64,000 nt of DNA from an uncultured Fibrobacteria bacterium (GCA_963716395.1 OY970309.1:1952001-2016000), one strand, 5' to 3'. Counted from the stretch's first letter, positions 11,781 through 21,930 are shown. The notes: a model not told the origin generated them from the sequence alone. Program-made: numbers and translations.

Positions 11781-12743
11781 ATGAATGGGAACCGAGTCTT
11801 CGCCCCGGCAATTCTTCTCTGCGTGAACATTCTCCTTTGGCAGGGCTGCACGGGCGATCGCATTGCCGGAGGTTCCTCCGAAACAGAAAATACCGTGACC
11901 GCCCGGGCGTTCCGGGTCGACTCGCTCCTTTCGTCTTGGAATCGGCCGGTCGGCGTGCCTACGGTAGCGACCTTGCGGCTGGATTCGACAAACTTCGATT
12001 TTCAAAATTCGAATCCCCAGGGCCTCGATCTCGATGTTCGCCGCGAAGACGGCGCCCGGATTCCCTTCGAGATCCGTCTTTGGGATACCGCGCGCCGCCA
12101 GGGCCGACTGAACGTCCGCATCGACACGGATATGAGGGATTCGGGCGCCATGATCTGGCTGTGGCGGAGTCTGCCCCCCATCGACCGCTCCAATTCGGCC
12201 GGAGTTTGGTTCGGCGTTCCTGACACGCTTCGCTTGGCTTTGACTTCGGTGCTTGTGGACGACTTTGAAGACGGCAACACCCGTACCCTGCTTCCCGACA
12301 GCTCGAATTGGTTTCTCGCCGCAGGTTCGCAAATCGTCAACGCGGACGGGGGACGCTCCGGCAAGGCTCTGTATTTGGTTTCCTCGGCAACGGGTCCGGT
12401 CGCCATGGCCGCAGCCTTGCTGGCTTCGACCCCAAGGCGGTTGGGTTCCATCGACTCCATCGTATTTTGGGCGCGCGGTACGGGTCGCCTCCGCGTCGCC
12501 ATGGAACACGCGCTTCCCGGGTCCGAATTAGTGGCCTGGACGCCTTATGATCTCGACACGGCCTGGCAGCGCGTAAGCATCCTCCCCACATTCTTCGACT
12601 CCACGGGCGCGGATTCGGGAGGGGCGCGCTGGGAAGAAATCCAGGATTCGGTGACGCATCTTTCGTTTTGGTCGGATGGCGCCGTCGAAGTTTGGATCGA
12701 CGATCCCAGGATATACGGCGTCAACCGCGACGATCTGTTCTAA
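11781..12743 (+). CDS. Lipoprotein with DUF2341-like region and C-terminal CBM11/galactose-binding-like domain
   Basis: Signal peptide ending WQG-C, then AGGSSETEN. LRLDSTNFDF...G.D...IPFEI..WD resembles DUF2341; LVDDFEDG...SIVFWARGTG...VWIDD is CBM-like. Confidence 0.7.
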   Translation: MNGNRVFAPAILLCVNILLWQGCTGDRIAGGSSETENTVTARAFRVDSLLSSWNRPVGVPTVATLRLDSTNFDFQNSNPQGLDLDVRREDGARIPFEIRLWDTARRQGRLNVRIDTDMRDSGAMIWLWRSLPPIDRSNSAGVWFGVPDTLRLALTSVLVDDFEDGNTRTLLPDSSNWFLAAGSQIVNADGGRSGKALYLVSSATGPVAMAAALLASTPRRLGSIDSIVFWARGTGRLRVAMEHALPGSELVAWTPYDLDTAWQRVSILPTFFDSTGADSGGARWEEIQDSVTHLSFWSDGAVEVWIDDPRIYGVNRDDLF

Positions 12744-12891
12744 AAAACGTTAGCGCGACCGAGGATGAAATGGATTGGGTGTGGGTGAACTTACCACGCT
12801 TCACCGCGATTTTCTTCTTCGCAACCCTTGGATAGCCGGTAAAGTTTGGGCAACGGTCCTGAACCTTGTCCCTGCTTGCAAAGGAGTCCTT

Positions 12892-13983
12892 ATGTCCCGA
12901 TGTCACCGCCAATTTCCCCACTTCAATTCCGGGAAATTTTTGATGCTACTCGCCTACCTCACGGTCGCCTCCTTCGGCCAGCAAACGTCCCAAAAATGGT
13001 CCGACGTCAACTATGCCGGGGACGGTCAGGTTTACCACAACCTCGACATCTACCTTCCCATGCCAAGCCAAGCTTCCTATCCCGTGGTCATCGATATTTA
13101 TGGCAGCGCCTGGATGAGCGATAACGGCAAAGGAACCTCTCCAGACGCGTTGGGATCCGCCTTGCTCAATGCGGGCTATGCCGTGGTCAGTCCCAATTAT
13201 CGTTCCAGCAGCGATTCGGTATTTCCCGCCGAAATCCAGGACATCAAGGCGGTCGTCCGTTTTGTGCGGGGGAAGGCCGCCACATATAAGTTTGATACGA
13301 CCTTTATCGGAATCACCGGCCAATCCTCCGGCGGTCATCTCGCCGCCTTGACCGGCACCAGTGGCGGGGTGAAGATCAAGAAGATCGGTTCGGCCGCCGC
13401 CGACATCGAAGGTGAGCTCGGCACCTACACCTCCAAAAGCAGTTCCGTGGATGCGGTGGCGGATTGGTTCGGTCCGACAAACTTTTTGGTCATGGATTCC
13501 TGCGGCAGCCAATTAGTCCACAACGCGGATGGCTCCCCCGAATCCAGTTTGATTGGCGGTCCCATTCAGAACAACAAGGACAAAGTCGCCTTGGCCGATC
13601 CCATCACCTATATCGATGCCCAAGATCCCCCCTTTCTGATCATCCATGGCGACGCGGATCCCTTGGTGCCGATTTGTGAAAGCTTCTTTCTGAATCAAGC
13701 CTTGCAGCAGGCCGGAGTCACCTCCACCTTCGTCACGGTCCCGGGAGGGGGCCATGGCACGGGAACGACCGTCGAACCCTATATCACGCAAATGGTCACT
13801 TTCTTCGACAACGCCAGAAAGAACGGTCCCACCTCCATCCAACACCCATTCCGCTCGCAGGATTCACAACCGTTCGAGACGTCCTTCGACCTTTTGGGAC
13901 GGAAATGCCCGGATGGTCTCCCGCCGGGATCCGGCCAGGGGAGCATTATCCGATCGAGTGAAACGCGAAGTAAGGGCCCTTAA
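12892..13983 (+). CDS. Secreted alpha/beta hydrolase (BD-FAE/carbohydrate esterase-like)
   Basis: LDIYLP, YGSAW, GQSSGG nucleophile, PPFLIIHGDADPLVP, GGGH; short FDLLGRK tail. AAGGAG precedes ATG 12892. Confidence 0.85.
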   Translation: MSRCHRQFPHFNSGKFLMLLAYLTVASFGQQTSQKWSDVNYAGDGQVYHNLDIYLPMPSQASYPVVIDIYGSAWMSDNGKGTSPDALGSALLNAGYAVVSPNYRSSSDSVFPAEIQDIKAVVRFVRGKAATYKFDTTFIGITGQSSGGHLAALTGTSGGVKIKKIGSAAADIEGELGTYTSKSSSVDAVADWFGPTNFLVMDSCGSQLVHNADGSPESSLIGGPIQNNKDKVALADPITYIDAQDPPFLIIHGDADPLVPICESFFLNQALQQAGVTSTFVTVPGGGHGTGTTVEPYITQMVTFFDNARKNGPTSIQHPFRSQDSQPFETSFDLLGRKCPDGLPPGSGQGSIIRSSETRSKGP

Positions 13984-15061
13984 TCCAACGCGGGTGTGGA
14001 AACGGCTTCGGGATATTTCCCGAATTCGTAATTGAAGGTGCGGCGCGCGGGCTTGAATCCCGCTCGCGGATGAAGCGCTCGGCCGCGCGCAGCGTTTTGA
14101 GCCCCGACGAGCGCAGCACGTTTTCTTCGATGACGATGCTGTTGATGTCGTTGGCTCCGGCCGAAAGGCCCAGCTCGGCCAATTCGCGCCCCATCACCAG
14201 CACCGACACTTCGATATTGGGGATGTTGTCGAGAAACAGGCGCGCTACGGCCACGAAACGCAGGTATTCCCGGCCGGTGACGTGGCGGATGGGAAAGCGC
14301 TTGGTCTGCGCTTGGAACACCCAGGGGATGAAGGAGAGGAAGCCGCCGGTGCGATCCTGCTGATCGCGCAAGAGGCGCAAATGCTCGGCGAGGTCGGCCG
14401 CGGTTTCGCTGGACCCGAACACCACATTGCTCGAACCCGGCAGATCGGCTGCATGGCAGGCCCCCATCACCGCGCACCATTCCGCTCCCGACAGTTTCCG
14501 GGGCGACAGCACGGCGCGCATGCGCTCGGTGAGAATTTCCGCGCCGGCGCCGGGCACCGATCCGAGTCCCGCGGCCTTCAGGGTCTGTAGCAAGCGCGTC
14601 AGGGGTAACCCCGAAGTTTCGGAAAGCCGCTTCAGCTCGATGGGCGAAAATGCGCGCACAGCCACGTGATATTGGTCGCGCAGCATTTCCAATGCTGCGG
14701 TGTAATAAGCCAGCGGGAGTTTGGGATTCACCCCGCCCTGGAAAAAAATCTGGTCGATGCCGAGGCCGAGCGCCTCTTCGGTTTTGGCGGCGATTTGATC
14801 CAAGGTCAGCGTATAGCCGCGATCGCTATCGATTTCGTCTTGGAAGCTGCAAAAGGTGCAGTCGACGTCGCAGAAGTTGGTGTAATTCACCACGCGGTAG
14901 GCCGTATAGCTCACGACTTCGGGGTCATGCAACTGCAGCCGGCGTGTGTGGCCCGCAGCCACGATGGCGGCCCAATCTTCGCTTCGCAGCAAGGCCTCGG
15001 CGTCGGCGGCATCGATGCGGCCGCCCTGCGCGGCCTGCGCGAGAATCGAGGCGATCTTCAT
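13980..15061 (-). CDS. mqnC: Radical SAM cyclic dehypoxanthine futalosine synthase (CofH/MqnC family), with an apparent 1-nt frameshift near the 3' end
   Basis: NYTNFCDVDCTFCSF, QGGVNP, SVPGAGAEIL, LRxQQDRTGGFxSFIPW, GAND..S..IEENV. The expected tail AGFKPARRT lies in another frame, ending at 13980. Confidence 0.8.
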
Positions 15062-15109
15062 AAGCAAAAAGGTAGCGCCAAATTCCCGCCGGCCCGGGCC
15101 GTCCGGTTA

Positions 15110-15185
15110 GGGTCCGTTAAGAAATAACGGCGTTACACCGAGGTCGAAGCGAAGGCGAATGGAGCGGTTATTTCGTAACGGACCC
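15110..15185. mobile_element. MITE-like element, 76 bp
   Basis: 19-bp terminal inverted repeats GGGTCCGTTAAGAAATAAC / GTTATTTCGTAACGGACCC (1 mismatch), flanked by TTA direct repeats (15107-15109, 15186-15188). Confidence 0.7.
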
Positions 15186-15446
15186 TTATTCCCCAGATAT
15201 CCAGTTGAGGGTTGCGCTGCGCGTTTGGAATTGCGCGCTTGCTTTTTTCGCCGGTGTCGGCGGGACCCGGTAGCGCGCATGGTACTGCGTCTTCGGGCCA
15301 TCGGGAAATGGCGGCCCGGTCTTTCACCTCCCCCAGCGGATCTGAACTCCCAAGCCAGCCACTGGGTCTGGGGATATCACCATTCGGCGCATTTTTCCGA
15401 TATAGGCATAAAAAACGATATTTTGATCCGCCATTTTCGATTTCAA

Positions 15447-15580
15447 TGAAAATATCGGATAAAAATCATCATATCTTAGCAGAATATGTGGATAAATATT
15501 GATTTATGCGCCAATTTATGCGCATTTTTAAATCAAAGACATCTCCGATCTTGAAAATATCGGGTAAAATGGTGTAAATT
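15447..15580 (+). promoter_or_regulatory. AT-rich ilvBN promoter region with repeated sites
   Basis: TGAAAATATCGG(A/G)TAAAA at 15447-15464 and 15552-15569. TTGAAA (15551), N18, TAAATT (15575). Confidence 0.5.
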
Positions 15581-15620
15581 TTGTTCATATTCATAGAAGA
15601 CATCGATACGGGGTTAAAAA

Positions 15621-17336
15621 ATGACCAAAAAAACCTGCACCGGCGCCGAAGCCTTGGTTCATAGCATTCAACAGCACGGGGTCGAATACATATTCGGCCA
15701 CCCCGGCGGCGCCGCCATCCCGATTTTTGACGCTTTGGTTGACTCTTCCGTCAAATTCATTTTGACCCGGCATGAACAAGGCGCCACCCACATGGCCGAT
15801 GGCTTGGCGCGCGCCACGGGCAAGGCCGGAGTCGTGCTGGTGACCTCGGGGCCCGGCGCCACCAACACCATCACCGGCATCATGACCGCCCATATGGATT
15901 CGATTCCCCTGGTGGTCATCACCGGACAAACCATTCGGTCCATGCTGGGGCTCGACGCCTTTCAAGAAGCCGACGTGGTGGGGTTGACCTATGCGGCGGT
16001 GAAGCATTCCTACCTAGTGCGCGACGTCCATGACATTCCGCGCATCATCAAAGAGGCTTTTTATATCGCCGAAACCGGCCGCCCCGGACCCGTGCTCATC
16101 GACATTCCCAAAGACGTGTCGGGAGCCGTGTTCGAGCCCGATTATGCCGCGGCCATCGATTTGCCGGGCTATGTGATTCCGGGTGCGGGCGATCCGGGGG
16201 CCGTGGCGCAATGCGCCGATTTGTTGCACAAGGCCAAGAAACCATTATTGCTGGTGGGGCATGGCGCGGTGATTGCCGACGCCTGCAAGCCGCTCAAGGC
16301 TTTGGCCGAAAAGCTGCAGATTCCGGTGGTCAACACCTTGCTGGGGAAAGGTGCCTTTCCCGAATCCCATGAATTGAATTTGGGCATGTTGGGCATGCAC
16401 GGCACGGCCTATGCCAACAAAGCCGTGCCGGCCTGCGACTTGATTATGTCGATTGGCTCGCGCTGGGACGACCGCATTTGCGGCAAATACGCGGCCTTCT
16501 GCCCCGACGCCGTGAAAATTCACATCGACATCGATCCCGCCGAAATCGGAAAGATGATCCAGCCCGATTGCGCCATCGTGGGCGACGCCCGCCAGGTGCT
16601 CGAAGCGTTGTTGCCGCAGACGCACAAGGGCGACACTACGGCGTGGCTGGCGCAGATCAAGAAACTGAAGCGCCAGTTCCCGTTGCATTACCGCAAGCAG
16701 GGCGGCCTCAAGGCGCAGCATGTGCTCAGCGAATTGTACCGGCTCACCAAGGGCAAGGCCATCATCGCCACCGACGTGGGCCAGCACCAGATGTGGGCGG
16801 CGCAGTTCTGCAAGGTCGATCACCGCAACTATTGGATCAGCAGCGGCGGCGCCGGCACCATGGGCTACGGCATGCCTGCGGCCATCGGCGCGCAATTCGG
16901 GCGTCCCGACGCCACGGTGATCGCGGTGGTGGGCGATGGCGGCTTTCAGATGACCCAGGCCGAGTTGGCCACAGCCGCGTTGCATAAGCTGCCCATCAAG
17001 ATTCTGATCATCAACAACCGCTATCTCGGCATGGTGCGGCAATGGCAGAACCTGTTCTTCGAGAACCGCTTGTCGGGCGTCGATCTCGAAGGCAATCCCG
17101 ACTTCGTCAAACTGGGCGAAGCTTACGGCATCAAAGGCTTTCGCATCAAGCGCAACGCCGACGCCGGCCGCACCTTGGAAAAGGCCCTCGCCTACCACGA
17201 CGGGCCCTGCATCATCGATGCCGAAGTTGAAAAAGAAGACAACGTTTTTCCCATGATTCCGGCCGGCGCCACCTATGCCGAAATGGTGCTGGAACCGCCG
17301 ACCAAAAAAATGGCCAAACCCGTGGGCAGCACCTGA
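15621..17336 (+). CDS. ilvB: Acetolactate synthase large subunit
   Basis: [33 protein letters not shown] motif, YLGMVRQWQ. Confidence 0.97.
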   Translation: MTKKTCTGAEALVHSIQQHGVEYIFGHPGGAAIPIFDALVDSSVKFILTRHEQGATHMADGLARATGKAGVVLVTSGPGATNTITGIMTAHMDSIPLVVITGQTIRSMLGLDAFQEADVVGLTYAAVKHSYLVRDVHDIPRIIKEAFYIAETGRPGPVLIDIPKDVSGAVFEPDYAAAIDLPGYVIPGAGDPGAVAQCADLLHKAKKPLLLVGHGAVIADACKPLKALAEKLQIPVVNTLLGKGAFPESHELNLGMLGMHGTAYANKAVPACDLIMSIGSRWDDRICGKYAAFCPDAVKIHIDIDPAEIGKMIQPDCAIVGDARQVLEALLPQTHKGDTTAWLAQIKKLKRQFPLHYRKQGGLKAQHVLSELYRLTKGKAIIATDVGQHQMWAAQFCKVDHRNYWISSGGAGTMGYGMPAAIGAQFGRPDATVIAVVGDGGFQMTQAELATAALHKLPIKILIINNRYLGMVRQWQNLFFENRLSGVDLEGNPDFVKLGEAYGIKGFRIKRNADAGRTLEKALAYHDGPCIIDAEVEKEDNVFPMIPAGATYAEMVLEPPTKKMAKPVGST

Positions 17337-17352
17337 GCACAATGAGGAACGC

Positions 17353-17913
17353 ATGATCAATGGAACGTTGAAATCAATCACGGTGAATGAAAGCACCGGT
17401 TACCGGACCCATCCCGAAGGTCGCGCCAACCAGCACACCTTGAGCCTCCTGGTCAACAACAAGCCGGGCGTGCTCATCCGCATCGCCATGGTGTTTTCCC
17501 GCCGCGGCTACAACATTGACTCGCTGGTCGTGTCGCCCGCCTACAACGGCCGCTTCGCGCGCATGAATATCATGGCTTCGGGCGATATCGGCACATTGGA
17601 ACAAATCATCCGCCAGCTCAACAAGCTGATCGACGTCATTCATGCCAAGGATCACACGGGCGAAAACGCCGTGGTCAAGGAGTTGGCGCTGATCAAGGTG
17701 AAATGCCCGCCCGAGCGCCGCACCGAAGTGCTGCAAATCGCCGAGCACTTCAAAGGCCAGACGGCCGACATTTCCGACGCCACCTTGATGCTGCAAGTCA
17801 CGGGCAGCACCGAAAAGCTCGATGCTCTCGAAGCCATGCTCGACAAATACGGCCTCATCGAAGTGGTGCGCACCGGCAAGGTGATCATGGCGCGCGGCGA
17901 GGTCGGCACCTAG
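17353..17913 (+). CDS. ilvN: Acetolactate synthase small regulatory subunit
   Basis: ACT domain LVNNKPGVL.RI..FSRRGYNIDSL, QLNKLIDV, EVVRTG. GAGGA precedes ATG 17353. Confidence 0.95.
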   Translation: MINGTLKSITVNESTGYRTHPEGRANQHTLSLLVNNKPGVLIRIAMVFSRRGYNIDSLVVSPAYNGRFARMNIMASGDIGTLEQIIRQLNKLIDVIHAKDHTGENAVVKELALIKVKCPPERRTEVLQIAEHFKGQTADISDATLMLQVTGSTEKLDALEAMLDKYGLIEVVRTGKVIMARGEVGT

Positions 17914-17926
17914 CCGCCGGCCGGCC

Positions 17927-18412
17927 ATGCGTGCGACCCGCATCCGCCGCCTTCTCCGGGCGCCACGCGCGCAGGTCTATCGGGCGTTGATCAACGCTGA
18001 AGCCGTCGCGCAGTGGAAATTTCCGGACGGCATGCGTTGCCACGTGCATTCATTCGAGGGCCGCGAAGGCGGCGCCTTCCGGATTTCGCTTATCTACGAT
18101 TCTCCGGACGCCGTCGGCAAGACGACCGCGCACACCGACACTTACCATGGACGTTTCGAAAAACTGATTCCTGACGAACGGGTGGTGGAAGTCGACGAAT
18201 TCGAAACCGTGGATCCCGCCTTGCGCGGTGAAATGAAGATTACGATTCGCTTGGCCGACGCCGAAGGGGGCACCGACATCCTGGCCGTGCACGAGGGGCT
18301 GCCTCCCGGCGTTTCGTTGGCCGACAACGAAAAAGGCTGGAGCCTGGCGCTGGCGAAACTCGCCGCTTTGGTGGAACGGGTTCGGGGAGCGGATTCGGAA
18401 GGCGCGGCCTAA
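17927..18412 (+). CDS. SRPBCC/AHSA1-like domain protein
   Basis: APRAQVYRAL...W..P..M...EGGAFR...GW...L.KLAALVE. Confidence 0.85.
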   Translation: MRATRIRRLLRAPRAQVYRALINAEAVAQWKFPDGMRCHVHSFEGREGGAFRISLIYDSPDAVGKTTAHTDTYHGRFEKLIPDERVVEVDEFETVDPALRGEMKITIRLADAEGGTDILAVHEGLPPGVSLADNEKGWSLALAKLAALVERVRGADSEGAA

Positions 18413-18906
18413 ACGCGGAATTCCGCCATGGCCGTGGTGAAAAGGATCCAGCGCGGCGGTTTTTCCCCGGTGTCATGGGGAAAGGTGACGCTCACGGAGA
18501 TCCCCAGGCCGTAGCTCAACTCCAGCGGCTTTTCCAGGGAAAAGGTGTTGCCCCGGTCCGCGCCGCGCGCGTGATCGCCGAACAGCGACAGCGGGCCGAA
18601 GGCGCGCAACAGACGTGTGCCGTCATAGAGATGCACCGAAGCGATGGGCGAACGTGAGGTGTTGTGGAAAAACAGAAACACGCGCGAGAGCTTGGGCCGC
18701 TGCCCGTCGAGCAGGTTGGGAACGGCGAAGGGAATGTGGAACCAATTGGTGGTCGCTTCTTTGCCCCAAAAAGTCGCGCCCCAGCCTTTGTGCGATACTT
18801 CGTCGATGTGCTCCGGGTATTCGGGCTCCACTGCGTTGCCGTGCACCGAGATGATGGCTTTCAGCGTCGAGGATTCCAACGGGGCGCGCGTGCGGGCGAT
18901 CTTCAT
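18409..18906 (-). CDS. Hypothetical protein, DUF6623-like
   Basis: VHGNAV..E.P, GWG, NWFHIP, VHLYDG, GLGISV.V.F. Family recalled from motif memory. TAGACT-N6-ATG upstream. Confidence 0.6.
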   Translation of the reverse strand: MKIARTRAPLESSTLKAIISVHGNAVEPEYPEHIDEVSHKGWGATFWGKEATTNWFHIPFAVPNLLDGQRPKLSRVFLFFHNTSRSPIASVHLYDGTRLLRAFGPLSLFGDHARGADRGNTFSLEKPLELSYGLGISVSVTFPHDTGEKPPRWILFTTAMAEFRV

Positions 18907-19007
18907 GCGCTTAGTCTAGCATTTTTTCCCCGCGCCCGGCATCTCCGATCCCGCCGTACCACCGAGGTTACACCGGAGCCCCGCCGCCGGCGGGACAACG
19001 GCCGGAG

Positions 19008-19574
19008 TCAGAACTCCTGCAACCAAAAAGTCGGATCGCGGCTGTTGGATCGATCGGAGGCGGCCGCGGCCGGGTCGTGCTCCCAAAATTGCGACCCGGT
19101 GGCGCGCGGCAGCGCTTCGGGCAGCGGCAGATCCGTCTCTTCGCCCGTGCGCCCGAGCGCCGCCTGCACGCAGCCGTGCAATTCCAGGGGCGTGAAGGGT
19201 TTACGCAAAAACTGCGCGTCCAGATACCGCATCCAATAGGCCACGCCGGGGGCATCGCAGGCCTCCGACATGCAAATCACCTTGACCTTGGGCCACAGCC
19301 GCAACACGTTCTCGGCCAGCTTCACTCCGCCCACCGGCAGCAAATTGATTTCGGTCAGGAGCACGTGAAGACGATCGCCGTATTGGGCGCAGAGAAAAAG
19401 CGCGTCATAGGCATTGCGCGCTTCCAGCACTTGCAGACCCGCGCTCGCCAGAAAGTCGCGCATCTGCGCGCGCAAGGCGGTGTCGTCATCGACCAGCAGC
19501 ACGCCCTGGGAGGTGGCGAAGGGAACCGGGTCGGTGGACCCGATTTCGGGTGACCGGAGAATCGGAAATTGCAT
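19008..19574 (-). CDS. Single receiver-domain protein (atypical: phosphoacceptor Asp is Glu)
   Basis: VLLVDDD, LEARNAYDAL, LLTEINL.P..G, MS, LRKPF. Confidence 0.8.
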   Translation of the reverse strand: MQFPILRSPEIGSTDPVPFATSQGVLLVDDDTALRAQMRDFLASAGLQVLEARNAYDALFLCAQYGDRLHVLLTEINLLPVGGVKLAENVLRLWPKVKVICMSEACDAPGVAYWMRYLDAQFLRKPFTPLELHGCVQAALGRTGEETDLPLPEALPRATGSQFWEHDPAAAASDRSNSRDPTFWLQEF

Positions 19575-19802
19575 CCTGCGGAGAGCCTCCGGGGTGAGGC
19601 GGAAACTCCCACGACAATTATCGGATCGCCCAGGCTTCGATCGCAAGTGCCGTAAGGCCCGAAAGCGGCCGGCGGGGACGGACCTTTGCGGTTTTTGCCG
19701 GGCGGCTTTGGGTTGCGGCCTCAAGGTTCTGCGGATCCGCCAGGCGCCCAAGCGTCGCTACCTTTCGGGCGGTCGGCACAAGGGGAGCCAAAAGGGAGAC
19801 GC

Positions 19803-20519
19803 ATGAGGAACGATGGGAAAAGCAAACCGAGCGGTATGCGGACGGCCATGGTAACCGGTATGTTTCTGGCGGCGGCCTGGGGGCTGAACCCCATCAGCGA
19901 GGGCGGCTTCGCGCTGTGGCCGCGCGGGGTTTCGCCCACCGATTTCCGCGCCGAAGAAGGGTTCATTATTCTCAGCGGCTCCGGGGTGGAAATTCCCGGG
20001 GCGGTGTCGTTGCGCGCCACCCCGACTTTGGAATTGGGGGCAGGCTTGCAAACCTATTGGGGCGGAAACCGCGCCCACATTCCCTATCTGCCCTTGGGCG
20101 TGAAATATCAAACGGATCGCGCCACCGCCTTGAACCTCGACTTTTGGGTGCCGACGCAAAACGGCAACGGCGGCCTGCGCCTGGGCGCCTTGACCCGCCT
20201 GCAGCACGGCGGCCGCCTGTCGTCGGTGCTCTCCGGTCAAATCGGTTTTTTCGACGCCTTCACCGGCGGCGGCGGCGCGGCGCTGGGAACCGCCTGGACG
20301 CCATCGCTGCGGTTGCTCCGCGGGGTGTCGCTGCAATGCGGTCTGGTCGCCTCCAGCGACACGCGCGCCTTCAACGATCACTTCGCGTTCGACCTGCAAC
20401 CCGGCGCTTTCGTCGATCTGGGGCGCGGGTCTTCCCTGCTGTCGCAAATCACCCTAGGATTGGCCGGCCCCCACCGCGAAGACGTGCGCGCCGAGCTGGC
20501 GCTGTCCGAAGGGTTCTGA
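19803..20519 (+). CDS. Hypothetical exported protein, possible outer-membrane beta-barrel
   Basis: Signal-like segment, alternating amphipathic strands, C-terminal Phe. GGGAG precedes ATG 19803. Confidence 0.6.
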   Translation: MRNDGKSKPSGMRTAMVTGMFLAAAWGLNPISEGGFALWPRGVSPTDFRAEEGFIILSGSGVEIPGAVSLRATPTLELGAGLQTYWGGNRAHIPYLPLGVKYQTDRATALNLDFWVPTQNGNGGLRLGALTRLQHGGRLSSVLSGQIGFFDAFTGGGGAALGTAWTPSLRLLRGVSLQCGLVASSDTRAFNDHFAFDLQPGAFVDLGRGSSLLSQITLGLAGPHREDVRAELALSEGF

Positions 20520-20534
20520 GGCGGCGCCTTCCCG

Positions 20535-21539
20535 TCAGCCCGCGGCCGGGCGGCCGTTCTGCGGTTGCAGAATCGGCCCGTCGTCGTGGTGGACCGGAGT
20601 CAGGCTGTGTAAATAGCGGTAGAGCGCGCGCAGGTCGTTTTCGTGCATGCGTTTCAGGCTGCCCCAGGGCATGGGATCATCGGGAATCAAAAGCCCGGCG
20701 CGAAAACGGTGTACGAACATGTCTTCGCTCCAGCCCGTGATATGCCCCGTGGTCGGATCGGGCGTGAGGTTCGGGCTCGAGAAGACGTAACCCGGGCGTA
20801 ACCGCGAGCGGAACAGCAATCCGCCGGAAAAAAACGGGCTCAGGTACTGGCCGGTTTTGAGATCGCGCGCCGTATGGCAGCCGCGGCAACTGCACACGGT
20901 GTTGGCCAGATACGAGCCGTAACGCGCGGTGGGTTCGGGCGGCATGCTGTCGGGGGGCGGCCCTTTGGGCGCGTAGGGCTTGATGAAATACGCCAAGGTG
21001 ATTTTGCCCAGCAGGTTGATTTGCGGATCGGGTGGTTGGCCGGGCGTGGGCGGCAGGGAGCGCAAAAAGGAAATCAGCGCCACCAAATCGCTCCGGGCCA
21101 GGTCGGCATAGGCATCCATGAAGGGCAGCCCGATATGTCCCGCGCGGTTCACGCCGTAGCGCAGCATGCGCGCCAACTGGCCGTCGCTCACCCGGCCGAT
21201 GCCCGTGGCCGAATCGGGCGTCAGGTTGCATGCCGCCCAGGTGCCGAGAAAGGTTTTCTCGCCCGGGCCGCCCGTGAGCGGAACCTCTTCACCGCGGAAC
21301 AGGCGCGGCCGCGCCGAGTCAGGGGCATGGCAATCGGCGCAATGCATGGGCCCGTAGACGAGATAGCGCCCGCGCGCGATTACGGCGGTGTCGGTCGAGG
21401 CATGGATGTCCGGCAGGGGGACGTCCCAGGTTTTGCGGTAGCCCCGGAAGGCGTAAAAAACAAAAACAACCAATACCACGATCACAAATATGACCAATCC
21501 CGCCCCGATCTGTCCCGTTCTGCGCAGCCATTTTTTCAC
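20535..21539 (-). CDS. Membrane-anchored diheme cytochrome c
   Basis: N-terminal TM helix, CADCH and CRGCH heme motifs, repeated NLTPD..TG and MP motifs. Confidence 0.9.
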   Translation of the reverse strand: MKKWLRRTGQIGAGLVIFVIVVLVVFVFYAFRGYRKTWDVPLPDIHASTDTAVIARGRYLVYGPMHCADCHAPDSARPRLFRGEEVPLTGGPGEKTFLGTWAACNLTPDSATGIGRVSDGQLARMLRYGVNRAGHIGLPFMDAYADLARSDLVALISFLRSLPPTPGQPPDPQINLLGKITLAYFIKPYAPKGPPPDSMPPEPTARYGSYLANTVCSCRGCHTARDLKTGQYLSPFFSGGLLFRSRLRPGYVFSSPNLTPDPTTGHITGWSEDMFVHRFRAGLLIPDDPMPWGSLKRMHENDLRALYRYLHSLTPVHHDDGPILQPQNGRPAAG

Positions 21540-21930
21540 CTTCGTCCTCCCCGTGGCATCCCGATTCCGGCCCGATTTTTTCCGCCCCGATCCGGTCGGG
21601 CGGCGGCGGGCCTGGTCTAACCCAATGAATCAAAAGGAAAAAGAATCCGGCCCGCCCGGTAAAATTTTTTTTGCCGGCCGACTTTTCCACCGATCGTTCG
21701 CTGTTGTTCATTCTGCGACAAGCGGTTACCCGTTGGCTTTCGTGTCGACAGCTCGGTTGCGAGCTCTCAGGCGCCACCGCGGGGGAGCGATGGTAATTTT
21801 AGGTATGAAAAGGACTTGAAGGCCAAAGCGATCGGTTTTTTAATGCGTTCGCATCCCAGTGGAAATCGATCCCTTGGATAAGATTAGATTGGAAAACCAC
21901 CCGAAATTTTAGACACGCGGAGGACGGCAC

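Noticed and set aside
15190-15373. Weak inverted similarity TCCCCAGA...CCAGT / ACTGG...TCTGGGGA
   Set aside because: Short and gapped, with no target-site duplication.
21540-21930. Possible cobalamin riboswitch or NrdR box upstream of nrdJ
   Set aside because: No B12-box core and no convincing NrdR palindrome were seen.
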